A stretch of 64,000 nucleotides of DNA, taken from contig JAILNI010000047.1 in assembly GCA_024691765.1 (NCBI GenBank), forward strand, positions 8,739 to 72,738, given 5' to 3'. Positions within the stretch are counted from its first letter, which is position 1. Each line of letters opens with the position of its first letter. Of this stretch, positions 10,477 to 18,958 are shown piece after piece. The notes beneath the pieces were generated by a model. That model was not told the origin of the DNA. It did not search any database and was given only the letters and a program-made list of their open reading frames with translations. The DNA comes from Bacteroidales bacterium (GTDB taxonomy: Bacteria > Bacteroidota > Bacteroidia > Bacteroidales > UBA932). The translations under genes and the position numbers were made by a program.

Positions 10477-10560
10477 GCGGATGTGGTGGAATGGTAGACA
10501 CGCTACTTTGAGGGGGTAGTGGGCGTTTGGCCTGTGTGAGTTCGAGTCTCACCATCCGCA
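10477..10560 (+). tRNA. tRNA-Leu(GAG)
   Basis: GCGGATG...CATCCGC-A acceptor stem, anticodon arm CTACT-TTGAGGG-GGTAG, long variable arm, GTTCGAGTC T-loop. Confidence 0.95.
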
Positions 10561-10561
10561 C

Positions 10562-10601
10562 GAAGGACCGACAGAGAAATCTGCCGGTCCTTCTTCGTTT
10601 T
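10562..10601 (+). terminator. Intrinsic terminator after tRNA-Leu
   Basis: GAAGGACCGACAGA-gaaa-TCTGCCGGTCCTTC hairpin followed by a T-rich tract. Confidence 0.75.
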
Positions 10602-10630
10602 TGACATTCTGTCACTGGTCCGGGGTTTGC
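10602..10630 (+). promoter_or_regulatory. TGACAttcTGTCA palindrome plus sigma54-like TGG-N9-TGC promoter upstream of hsp20
   Basis: Palindrome 10602-10614, TGG 10616-10618, TGC 10628-10630; the same arrangement occurs upstream of clpB. Confidence 0.65.
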
Positions 10631-10759
10631 CATTGAAGGTATTGCAACCCGGAAGGAGGGCGGAAGGCAGAGCCGGACAGACTGGCCGGAAGACTTTCGG
10701 AAGGGTTGACGGGAACGGCCCCCGGACGGCCGGAGAAGTAATTAAAGGAGATTATAATT

Positions 10760-11191
10760 ATGGTACCCGAGAGAAGGACAAACGAGAGCTGGCTGCCTGA
10801 AATCTTCAATGATTTCTTCGACAACCGCTGGATGGAGAGGGTGAACTACACTGCACCCGCCATCAATGTAAAGGAAAACGAAAAGGAATACGAGGTCGAA
10901 GTCGCGGCCCCGGGCCTCACGAAGGACGATTTCACGATCAACCTCGACGCCGATGGCAATCTGGTTCTCCACATGGAGAAGAAACAGGAGCACAAGGACG
11001 AGCGCAAGCACGAGCACTTCCTCCGCAGGGAGTTCTCATACGAGCAGTTCCACCAGGAATTCGCGCTGCCGGAAAATGCCGACATCGAGAAGATTTCCGC
11101 AAAGATGGAGCACGGAGTGCTGAACATCCTCATCCCGAAACTCTCGCCCCAGGAGGTCAAAAAGAATATACGGCAGATTGAAATCTGCTGA
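10760..11191 (+). CDS. Hsp20/alpha-crystallin small heat shock protein
   Basis: PAINVKE, LRREFSY and ISAKMEHGVLNILIPK motifs. Confidence 0.93.
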   Translation: MVPERRTNESWLPEIFNDFFDNRWMERVNYTAPAINVKENEKEYEVEVAAPGLTKDDFTINLDADGNLVLHMEKKQEHKDERKHEHFLRREFSYEQFHQEFALPENADIEKISAKMEHGVLNILIPKLSPQEVKKNIRQIEIC

Positions 11192-11455
11192 TTATTTCAG
11201 CACGAAGCGGCTGCGGACGTGGTAGCAGTCCTGTCCGGTGACTGAGAAGTATCGGGCGTCCATCATGTAACCGCCGCCGCGTTCGATATTGGCCTCTATC
11301 TGAGGCAGATAGCGATTCACAACGTCCTCGAATTCATCGCCCCAGAACCCGTCCGGAAGCGTGATTTCGAGGACTTCTTTGCATAGGTTCACCTTTTCGA
11401 GGGCGGCTGTGATGTCCCTGTCCATGTCGGCCCTGGATTCTATCTTAATCTGCAT
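11192..11455 (-). CDS. Hypothetical protein (87 aa)
   Basis: Compact ORF with plausible composition, downstream of lemA-DUF2207. Confidence 0.55.
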   Translation of the reverse strand: MQIKIESRADMDRDITAALEKVNLCKEVLEITLPDGFWGDEFEDVVNRYLPQIEANIERGGGYMMDARYFSVTGQDCYHVRSRFVLK

Positions 11456-11558
11456 AGATTTAATCGTTTACAAACGTTTATAATCGTTTAACACGAGCTC
11501 GCGCACTGGGAATTCGCAGCGGGTCAGCGCGCGCTGCCGTCGGGTTAGCTCTGCTTGC

Positions 11559-13331
11559 CTAGCGTGCGCCACCGCCAAAGCCGCCGCCGCTGAAACCGCC
11601 GCCTCCGCCGAAGGAGGTGCCTCCACCGAAACCGCCGAAACTGCCGCTCGTGCGGTTCATGGCTTTGGCTGCGCGGACCTGGGCGTTGGTGATGGCCGTG
11701 GCCATCTGGTTGTTATGCCAGAGCAGCCAGGCAGTGCGGTTGTAGTCCATGTCTACGGCCTGCTGGAAGAGCTGCGGGTCTATGTCGTGGAGCTCCTTCG
11801 CCACCTGCTCGGCTATACCGAACAGCGATGCATACACGAGGTAGTCCTGCCAAAGGCCGACCTCGCGCGAACCGCGTTCCTTTACGAGCGTAAAGTCGGA
11901 AAGGAACTTTTTGAAACCCAGCAACTTACGAGCTTCAGCCTTACCGGCGTCGGTGTAGAAGTAGCTACCCATATGGCCAAGGTTGCGAAGCGCTTTGGAG
12001 CCTTTTTCGGAGGTGTCCGAGACCCATTTGTTCACCCTCTTCCAATTGCGTCTGCTCCAGCGGGAGAACTCCTTGTCCTGGAGGATGAGGTCGCTTCCGG
12101 AGGCCTCCTTTAGCATGTCGTAGAGTTCGCGGGATTCAGCATCCAGTCCAGAGGCCTTTTCATCGTTGAAGTATATGTCAACCTTCTTATCCCCCGCCTT
12201 GCCGACTTCGAGCGCGCCGCTGTATATCATGCGGAGTATCATCGCCGAAGCGAAGGAACTGCCCTTCTTTATCTCTCCGAGGCGGCCGAGGGTGTAGTTG
12301 GCCGCCAGGAGGTCGCCGCCGTAGGGAACGTCGCGGCACCACTGAACGTCTTTCGGACGGAAGCCGAGCACGCGCTTTTTGCTTCCAAGGGCAGCCCCGG
12401 CGACTACGAATATGCCTGAGAGCATCATCAGCAGCGACATTATCATCCCTAAGATGGCGTCGTCATCGTCGCCGCCGGCCCCTTCGTCTTCAAAGTCGGA
12501 ACCCTTGAGGGCCTCCGCGAGCACGTCCTCAAAGCGGCGCGCCTGCAGGCTCGGGGAGTCGAAAAGGCCGTTCTCGAAGCGGAGGAGGACAATCACAGAC
12601 TTGATGCGGCCGGTAGATTCCATACACACTGAACCCGGAACGCCGGCAGACGAACCGGAATGTCCCGCGGAAGAGCCAGCCGCCGAACCGGAAAAGCCCG
12701 CAGCCGAGCCGGATCGACCCGCACTGGGACCCGTAACGACCGTAACGCGCTCTCCGGAGGCGTCTTCGAACCAGCTCTGCCCCTCGAATCCGAAGCCCCA
12801 GAAACGGACATTATTGTTCGCGAGACCGTCGGCGGAGATGCGCACCTTCACGTGCTGCGGGGTGCTGGACATCCCGGGAGACAGCAACTGCAGGTGGAGC
12901 ATGTCGGCGTCGGGAAGGTCCTTGACGGCCCGTGTCATGCGGTACTTCACCGTATACACCCGGTTGCCGTAATCGCCTAAGCCCCAGCATATTTCAACTC
13001 CCTTGCGCTTATGGAGCAGGCCGCAGCGGCGCGCCTTTTCGGAACGGGAACGGTCGCTGTTCCACTCGTCTTCCACAAGAAACCTGTGGCCGGTTTCATC
13101 GCTCACGGAAAGGCCCTCGACGACTATGTCGCCAAGGTTCCCGCGCACCAGATACCATTCGGTGCCTTCGCTCAGGTACACCGTCCAGACTTCGGTTATC
13201 TCGGCCGTGCCGTCGTGGGTCAGGTGCAGCGAGATGTCCACGTCGTGCACGATGTTCTTCCCGAAAGCGGAAGCGCAGGGCAGCAAGGCACAGGCCGCAA
13301 GGACGGCCATGGAAGTGAGGAATCGCCTCAT
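11559..13331 (-). CDS. DUF2207 family membrane protein
   Basis: Signal peptide, TM helix, WQDYLVYASLFG, Gly-rich GGGGFSGGGFGGG tail; adjacent to lemA. Confidence 0.85.
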   Translation of the reverse strand: MRRFLTSMAVLAACALLPCASAFGKNIVHDVDISLHLTHDGTAEITEVWTVYLSEGTEWYLVRGNLGDIVVEGLSVSDETGHRFLVEDEWNSDRSRSEKARRCGLLHKRKGVEICWGLGDYGNRVYTVKYRMTRAVKDLPDADMLHLQLLSPGMSSTPQHVKVRISADGLANNNVRFWGFGFEGQSWFEDASGERVTVVTGPSAGRSGSAAGFSGSAAGSSAGHSGSSAGVPGSVCMESTGRIKSVIVLLRFENGLFDSPSLQARRFEDVLAEALKGSDFEDEGAGGDDDDAILGMIMSLLMMLSGIFVVAGAALGSKKRVLGFRPKDVQWCRDVPYGGDLLAANYTLGRLGEIKKGSSFASAMILRMIYSGALEVGKAGDKKVDIYFNDEKASGLDAESRELYDMLKEASGSDLILQDKEFSRWSRRNWKRVNKWVSDTSEKGSKALRNLGHMGSYFYTDAGKAEARKLLGFKKFLSDFTLVKERGSREVGLWQDYLVYASLFGIAEQVAKELHDIDPQLFQQAVDMDYNRTAWLLWHNNQMATAITNAQVRAAKAMNRTSGSFGGFGGGTSFGGGGGFSGGGFGGGAR

Positions 13332-13339
13332 AGACGGGG

Positions 13340-13888
13340 TCAGATCTTCATTGAAGGCATTTCGGTCTTGCCGGCAGGCTCCTTGAGGTAGTCTTTCGCG
13401 GCAAAGCGGAGCAGCGAGGCTACCAGGCTGTCGGGGAACATTCGGACGATGCGGTTGAACTTGGTGACAGTGTCGTTGTAGGTCATGCGGGCCAGGCGCA
13501 CCTGGTTCTCGTAGCTGTTTACGCTGTCCATCGTCTTGAGGAACTGCTCGTTGGCCTTGAGGTCGGGATACTGCTCGGCCACCGCCTTGATCTGGGTGAA
13601 GGCTTTGCCGATGGCGTCTTCCTGGGCCTGGGCGTCGGCGGCGCTGCTGCCGGAACCGACCTCCCTGCGCTGGGCGATGACGTCCATGAGGGTTTTGTAC
13701 TCATGTTCGTTGTAACCCTTCACGAGTTCGGCGAGGGCCGTAAGGGCATCCCAGCGGCTGTTCTGCTGCACGCCGATCTGGCTCATGGAGTTCTTGCAGA
13801 GTTCCTCTGCGGATACGAGTTTGCGCTGCACGCCAATGCCCCAGAGAATCAGGAGGGCGGCAACTGCGATAATTATTATCAGTGTCAT
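13340..13888 (-). CDS. lemA: LemA family protein
   Basis: N-terminal TM helix; AEQYPDLKANEQF and YNDTVTKFN...FPDSLVA. Confidence 0.93.
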   Translation of the reverse strand: MTLIIIIAVAALLILWGIGVQRKLVSAEELCKNSMSQIGVQQNSRWDALTALAELVKGYNEHEYKTLMDVIAQRREVGSGSSAADAQAQEDAIGKAFTQIKAVAEQYPDLKANEQFLKTMDSVNSYENQVRLARMTYNDTVTKFNRIVRMFPDSLVASLLRFAAKDYLKEPAGKTEMPSMKI

Positions 13889-14069
13889 AACTTTTGGTGT
13901 TTGATTCTTCTTACAAATATAAGGTTTTTACCGCTTTCTTCCGAAAGGTTTGCAACTAAATAACGGATATACGTCGTCTATGGCCGATTCTGTTGCAAAG
14001 ACTACCGTTTTTCCAGGGGGTGTTTGCAAGCGGAAATGCATTGCAGGCCACTGGGAGGCCTATTGGGTT

Positions 14070-14177
14070 GCAAAGTCTTCGGGAGCTGCAATATCTTCGG
14101 GTGGCGCAAAGCCTGAGGGAGTGGCAATATCATCGGGTGGCGCAAGGCCTGAGGGAGTTGGTAAGTCTTCGCAAAAA
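14070..14177. repeat. Degenerate 18-bp-period tandem repeat (6 units, alternating A/B giving a 36-bp superperiod)
   Basis: gcaaagtcttcgggagct|gcaatatcttcgggtggc|gcaaagcctgagggagtg|gcaatatcatcgggtggc|gcaaggcctgagggagtt|ggtaagtcttcgcaaaaa. Confidence 0.75.
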
Positions 14178-14186
14178 GGGTGGGCG

Positions 14187-15209
14187 CTATATCAGGTCGG
14201 CCAGCACGATGGCGGTCATGGCTTCCACGATGACGGGAACGCGGAGGGCGAAGCAGACATCGTGGCGGCCCTTTATCTGAAGTATTTCCTCGCGGCCGGT
14301 GGCGAAGTTCCAGGTAGTCTGGGGAGCGGCTATGCTGGAGGTGGGCTTGACCGCCACGCGGAAGATGACGGGTCCGCCGTTGGAGATGCCGCCGTTGATG
14401 CCGCCGGCGCCGTTCTTGCGCGGACCGTCGGGGCCCCAGGGGTCGTTGTGCTCGGAACCCCTCATGCGGGTGGCGGCGAAACCGTCGCCGAACTCTATTC
14501 CGCGTATTCCGGGGATGGAAAAGACGGCGTGGGAAAGGAGCGACTCGAGACTGTCCCAGAAAGGTTCTCCATAGCCTATGGGCAGGCCCTCGACGCGGCA
14601 TTCGATGAGTCCGCCAAGGGAGTCGCCCGCCTTGCCGGTCTTGTCGAGAAGCTCATCCCACTTGGACTTGTCGGCCTCTCCCCCTATCTCCAGCAGCTCG
14701 GCGTGGATGCGCACGTCTCGGCGCTCGAATCCGGGGGGCAGCTCCTGTCCGGGCTCAAGTTCGGGGTCGAAATGGGCCTTGAGTATCTTCTTCGCCACAA
14801 CTCCCGCAGCCACGACAGGAAGGGTGAGCCTTCCTGAGAAGTGCCCTCCGCCGCGCGGGTCGTTAGCGAAATTGAACTTGACGTTGGCCGTCATGTCGGC
14901 GTGGCCGGGGCGCGGAACGTCGTCGAACTTGAGGTAGTCCTGGCTCTCGACATTGCTATTCCAGAAGAGTATGGTAAGCGGGGAACCGGTGGTGTAACCC
15001 TCGTAAGTTCCGCTGAGTATGCGCGGGCGGTCGGCCTCCTTGCGGGCCGTGGTTCCCTTGCGTCCGGGGGCCCTGCGGGCTATGTCCGCGGCGAAATCTT
15101 CCTCATCCAGGGGGATGTTCTCGGGAACTCCGTCGATGGTTACTCCTATTGCGGGCCCGTGTGACTCGCCGAATATCGTGAGCTTGAAAAACTGTCCGAA
15201 ACTGTCCAT
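14187..15209 (-). CDS. aroC: Chorismate synthase
   Basis: FGESHGPAIG, PRPGHAD, GGGHFSGRLT and KGRHD. Confidence 0.96.
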   Translation of the reverse strand: MDSFGQFFKLTIFGESHGPAIGVTIDGVPENIPLDEEDFAADIARRAPGRKGTTARKEADRPRILSGTYEGYTTGSPLTILFWNSNVESQDYLKFDDVPRPGHADMTANVKFNFANDPRGGGHFSGRLTLPVVAAGVVAKKILKAHFDPELEPGQELPPGFERRDVRIHAELLEIGGEADKSKWDELLDKTGKAGDSLGGLIECRVEGLPIGYGEPFWDSLESLLSHAVFSIPGIRGIEFGDGFAATRMRGSEHNDPWGPDGPRKNGAGGINGGISNGGPVIFRVAVKPTSSIAAPQTTWNFATGREEILQIKGRHDVCFALRVPVIVEAMTAIVLADLI

Positions 15210-15268
15210 TTGCCGTTGACTCTTATCTTCTGCGAAGATAGTGAAAAATTTGTACCTTTGTAGTCCTT

Positions 15269-16807
15269 ATGGACGAACAAAAGCTGCTTAAGGACATAGC
15301 CGGCCGGGAATACAGTGAGGGTTTTGAAACCCCCATACGGCAGGAGTTTATCCCGAAGGGGCTTACCGAGGAGACCGTCAGGCTCATTTCGTCCAAGAAG
15401 GGAGAGCCGCAGTGGCTGCTGGATTTCCGGCTGGACGCCTTCCGCAAGTGGCAGAAGATGACGCCTCCCCGCTGGGGGCATCTGAGCCGTCTGCCGGAGA
15501 TTGATTTCCAAGACATTATCTACTACGCCGCACCCATGAAGGACGAGGACAGGCCGACTGAAATCGACCCGGAACTCGAGAAGACCTTCGACAAGCTGGG
15601 AATCCCGATTCGGGAGAGGGAGGCACTCGCAGGCGTCAGGCCGAAAGGCAGCCTCGGAGCCGGCCAGGAAGGATCGGGCAACGCCGGAACGGCGGACGGG
15701 AACGGCCTGAGCCGGAAAGAGAGGGGCTCCGAGGGGGTGGCGGTCGACGCCGTTTTCGACTCGGTGTCCGTGTCGACCACCTTCCGCAAGACACTCTCCG
15801 AGAAGGGCATCATCTTCTGCAGTTTCGGGGAAGCAGTCCAGCAGCATCCCGACCTGGTGCGCAAGTACCTCGCCACCGTGGTTCCGTCGGGAGACAACTT
15901 CTATGCGGCCCTCAACTCCGCTGTCTTCTCGGACGGCTCGTTCTGCTACATCCCGAAAGGCGTCAAGTGCCCTATGGACCTGAGCAGCTACTTCCGCATC
16001 AACGCGGCGGGTACGGGGCAGTTCGAACGCACCCTGATAGTGGCCGACGAGGGCTCGTCGCTGAGCTATATGGAGGGCTGCACCGCCCCGATGCGCGACA
16101 CCAACCAGCTGCACGCCGCAGTGGTGGAGATCATAGTCGGGAAAGACGCCGACGTGCGCTATTCAACCGTGCAGAACTGGTATCCCGGCGACAAAGAGGG
16201 CCGCGGAGGCATACTCAACCTCGTGACAAAAAGGGGCCTCTGCAAGGAAGGCGCGCACCTTAGCTGGACCCAGGTGGAAACGGGTTCCGCCATCACCTGG
16301 AAGTACCCTTCCACCATACTCCAGGGCGACAACAGCAGTTCGGAGTTCTACTCGGTGGCGCTCACGAACAACTGGCAGCAGGCCGACACCGGAACGAAGA
16401 TGATACACATGGGGCGCAACACCCGAAGCCGCATCATCTCAAAGGGCATATCGGCCGGGCATTCGGAAAACTCCTACCGCGGCATGGTGCACATCCTGCC
16501 GGGGGCGGAGAACGCGCGCAACTACAGCCAGTGCGATTCCCTGCTGCTCGGAAGCGACTGCGGGGCGCACACCTTCCCCTATATCAAGAGCCGCAACCAC
16601 ACTGCCCAGGTGGAGCACGAGGCCACCACTTCCCGCATCAGCGAGGACCAGCTGCACTACTGCGCGCAGAGGGGCATAGGCCCCGAGGAGGCCGCCGGCC
16701 TGATAGTGGGAGGATATGCCCGCGAAGTGCTGGCCCGCCTGCCGATGGAGTTCGCCATCGAGGCGCGTAAATTATTGTCTGTCAATCTAGAAGGAGCTAT
16801 AGGATAG
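15269..16807 (+). CDS. sufB: Fe-S cluster assembly protein SufB
   Basis: [28 protein letters not shown] and EHEATTS. Confidence 0.96.
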   Translation: MDEQKLLKDIAGREYSEGFETPIRQEFIPKGLTEETVRLISSKKGEPQWLLDFRLDAFRKWQKMTPPRWGHLSRLPEIDFQDIIYYAAPMKDEDRPTEIDPELEKTFDKLGIPIREREALAGVRPKGSLGAGQEGSGNAGTADGNGLSRKERGSEGVAVDAVFDSVSVSTTFRKTLSEKGIIFCSFGEAVQQHPDLVRKYLATVVPSGDNFYAALNSAVFSDGSFCYIPKGVKCPMDLSSYFRINAAGTGQFERTLIVADEGSSLSYMEGCTAPMRDTNQLHAAVVEIIVGKDADVRYSTVQNWYPGDKEGRGGILNLVTKRGLCKEGAHLSWTQVETGSAITWKYPSTILQGDNSSSEFYSVALTNNWQQADTGTKMIHMGRNTRSRIISKGISAGHSENSYRGMVHILPGAENARNYSQCDSLLLGSDCGAHTFPYIKSRNHTAQVEHEATTSRISEDQLHYCAQRGIGPEEAAGLIVGGYAREVLARLPMEFAIEARKLLSVNLEGAIG

Positions 16808-16808
16808 T

Positions 16809-17552
16809 ATGGAATTACTGAAGATTACAAATCTGCACGCCAGCGTTGAAGGCAAGGAGATACTCCACGGAGTGGACCTTACCGTGGCGGCGGGCGAGGT
16901 GGTCGCCCTGATGGGGCCGAACGGAGCCGGCAAAAGCACCCTGGGAGCGGTCCTGACCGGCCGTCCGGGATACGAGGTCACCGAAGGCAGCATACTCTGG
17001 TGCGACCGCGACCTGCTGGCCATGAAGCCCGAGGAGCGCAGTTGGGCGGGCCTTTTCCTGAGCTTCCAGTATCCCATTGAGATACCCGGGGTGAGCTTCA
17101 CCTCGTTCATGAAGGCGGCGGTGGACGCAAAGCGCAAGGCGGCCGGAAAGCAGCCCCTCAGCGCATCCGAGTTCCTCAAACTCCTCACCGAAAAGATGGC
17201 TCTTGTGCAGATGAAGCCCGAATTCGCGAAGCGCGAGGTGAACGTAGGCTTCAGCGGAGGCGAGAAAAAACGCGCGGAAGTGTTCCAGATGGCTATGCTC
17301 GACCCGACCCTCAGCATACTCGACGAGACCGACAGCGGCCTCGACGTGGACGCCCTCAAGATCGTTGCAGACGGGGTGAACGCCCTGCGCTCGCCGGAGA
17401 AGTCTTCCCTTCTCATTACCCACTACAAACGGCTTCTCGAGATGGTGGCTCCCGACCGCGTATGCGTGCTCAAAGGCGGCCGCATCGTGGCGGAAGGCGG
17501 ATTCGAGCTGGTTGAAAAGATAGAAAACGAAGGTTACGACAGCATCCGATGA
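16809..17552 (+). CDS. sufC: Fe-S cluster assembly ATPase SufC
   Basis: GPNGAGKST, GFSGGEKKR and LDETDSGLD. Confidence 0.96.
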   Translation: MELLKITNLHASVEGKEILHGVDLTVAAGEVVALMGPNGAGKSTLGAVLTGRPGYEVTEGSILWCDRDLLAMKPEERSWAGLFLSFQYPIEIPGVSFTSFMKAAVDAKRKAAGKQPLSASEFLKLLTEKMALVQMKPEFAKREVNVGFSGGEKKRAEVFQMAMLDPTLSILDETDSGLDVDALKIVADGVNALRSPEKSSLLITHYKRLLEMVAPDRVCVLKGGRIVAEGGFELVEKIENEGYDSIR

Positions 17553-18139
17553 AGAGGCTCTACATAGCTGGATTCGACGAGATTCCGCAGCAGCTCACCC
17601 TTAAGGACAACGACCTGCTGGAACTCACCATCGTGTGCCCTCCCGGATACAGCGGCGACATCAATTTCACCATCGACCTGCTGCGGCCCGGAGTTCAGCT
17701 GGATCTGGCCGGCCTTTATTTCTGCACCCGCGGCGAGAGGCAGCGCTTAAACATCGGCGTACGCCACATGGTGGGCGGGGCCAGGTCGAAACAGCTCTTC
17801 AAGGGCATTCTCGGAGGAGGCGGCAGTGCCGTGTTCAACGGCCTCATCTACGTGGAGCACGGGGCTGGGGGTACTTCCGCTCTGCAGGAGAACCACAGCA
17901 TACTGCTCGATACCGAGAGTTCCGCGGAGACGCATCCGCAGCTCGAGATCTATGCCGACGACGTGGAGTGTTCGCACGGCGCGACCGTAGGGTTCCTAAA
18001 TGAAGACGAACGGTTCTACATGCGCAGCCGGGGCATTCCGGAAGACGAGGCCAGGCGCCTCCAGATACTTTCGTTCCTTTCCCCGGTGCTCTCGCGTCTC
18101 CCCGCGGAGAAGCAGGAGTTCATCATTGGCAGAATATAG
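17549..18139 (+). CDS. sufD: SufD family protein (short form)
   Basis: PQLEIYADDVECSHGATVG and FYMRSRGI. Confidence 0.88.
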   Translation: MKRLYIAGFDEIPQQLTLKDNDLLELTIVCPPGYSGDINFTIDLLRPGVQLDLAGLYFCTRGERQRLNIGVRHMVGGARSKQLFKGILGGGGSAVFNGLIYVEHGAGGTSALQENHSILLDTESSAETHPQLEIYADDVECSHGATVGFLNEDERFYMRSRGIPEDEARRLQILSFLSPVLSRLPAEKQEFIIGRI

Positions 18140-18151
18140 GGAGATGCGGCC

Positions 18152-18958
18152 ATGACAGTCTATCCAAACGTCAAACTCAACCTCGGCCTTCAGGTGCTTG
18201 GCAAGCGGCCGGACGGCTTTCACGAGCTTCGCACCGCCTTCGTGCCCTGCTACGCCTTTTCGGACTGTCTGGAGATAGTGCCGGCGCCCTCGTTCGAAGT
18301 TCAGGTCTTCGGACCGGAGTATACCGGATGGGATCCTTCGGATGACCTCACCGCCCGCGCATGGAGGCTGCTAAGGGCCGATTTCGGCATCGCTCCGGTG
18401 AAGATTTCCCTTGAGAAGCGTTCACCGGTCGGCGCGGGGCTCGGAGGAGGCAGCGCCGACGGAGCCTTCGCTCTGGTAGTCCTCAACGAGATGTTTTCGC
18501 TCGGCCTGAGCCTGCAGCAGCTGGCAGATTATGCCGCGATGCTCGGTTCGGACTGTCCGTTCTTCGTGTACAACTTCCCCATGTTCGCCAGCGGCCGCGG
18601 CGAGGTGCTCGAACCACTGCAGCTGGCGCTCGACGGCTATCGCTTCGAGGTCGCCATTCCGGAAGGGGTACACGTTTCGACGAAAGAGGCTTACGCCGGG
18701 TTGAAGGTTGGAGAGTATCAGGAGGCGCCGGAGGCTACCAACCTCCGCGAGATTCTTGTCGAAACGCCAATAGAAAAGTGGAAGGAGCTGGTGATCAACG
18801 ACTTCGAGGCCACCGTCTTCAGTAGATACCCCGCCATCGCCCGCCTCAAGGAAGACTTCTACCGCCGCGGCGCGGTGTATGCTTCCATGTCCGGTTCGGG
18901 CTCGGCCGTCTTCGGAATCTTCCGTGACGAAACCCATAAAAACCCCTGCGGAAAATGA
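18152..18958 (+). CDS. ispE: 4-diphosphocytidyl-2-C-methyl-D-erythritol kinase
   Basis: KLNLGL, PVGAGLGGGSAD, LGSDCPFF and MSGSGSAV. Confidence 0.94.
   Translation: MTVYPNVKLNLGLQVLGKRPDGFHELRTAFVPCYAFSDCLEIVPAPSFEVQVFGPEYTGWDPSDDLTARAWRLLRADFGIAPVKISLEKRSPVGAGLGGGSADGAFALVVLNEMFSLGLSLQQLADYAAMLGSDCPFFVYNFPMFASGRGEVLEPLQLALDGYRFEVAIPEGVHVSTKEAYAGLKVGEYQEAPEATNLREILVETPIEKWKELVINDFEATVFSRYPAIARLKEDFYRRGAVYASMSGSGSAVFGIFRDETHKNPCGK

Noticed and set aside
10648-10738. Degenerate CCGGA[AC]G repeats in the hsp20 leader as an RNA thermometer
   Set aside because: Purine-rich with no convincing stem covering the start region
14070-14177. 36-bp repeat suggestive of a type II/VI CRISPR repeat
   Set aside because: Head-to-tail degenerate 18-mers without spacers
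13950-14837. 295-aa + strand ORF with repeated AISSGGAxPEG
   Set aside because: Arises from the intergenic tandem repeat plus the aroC antisense strand
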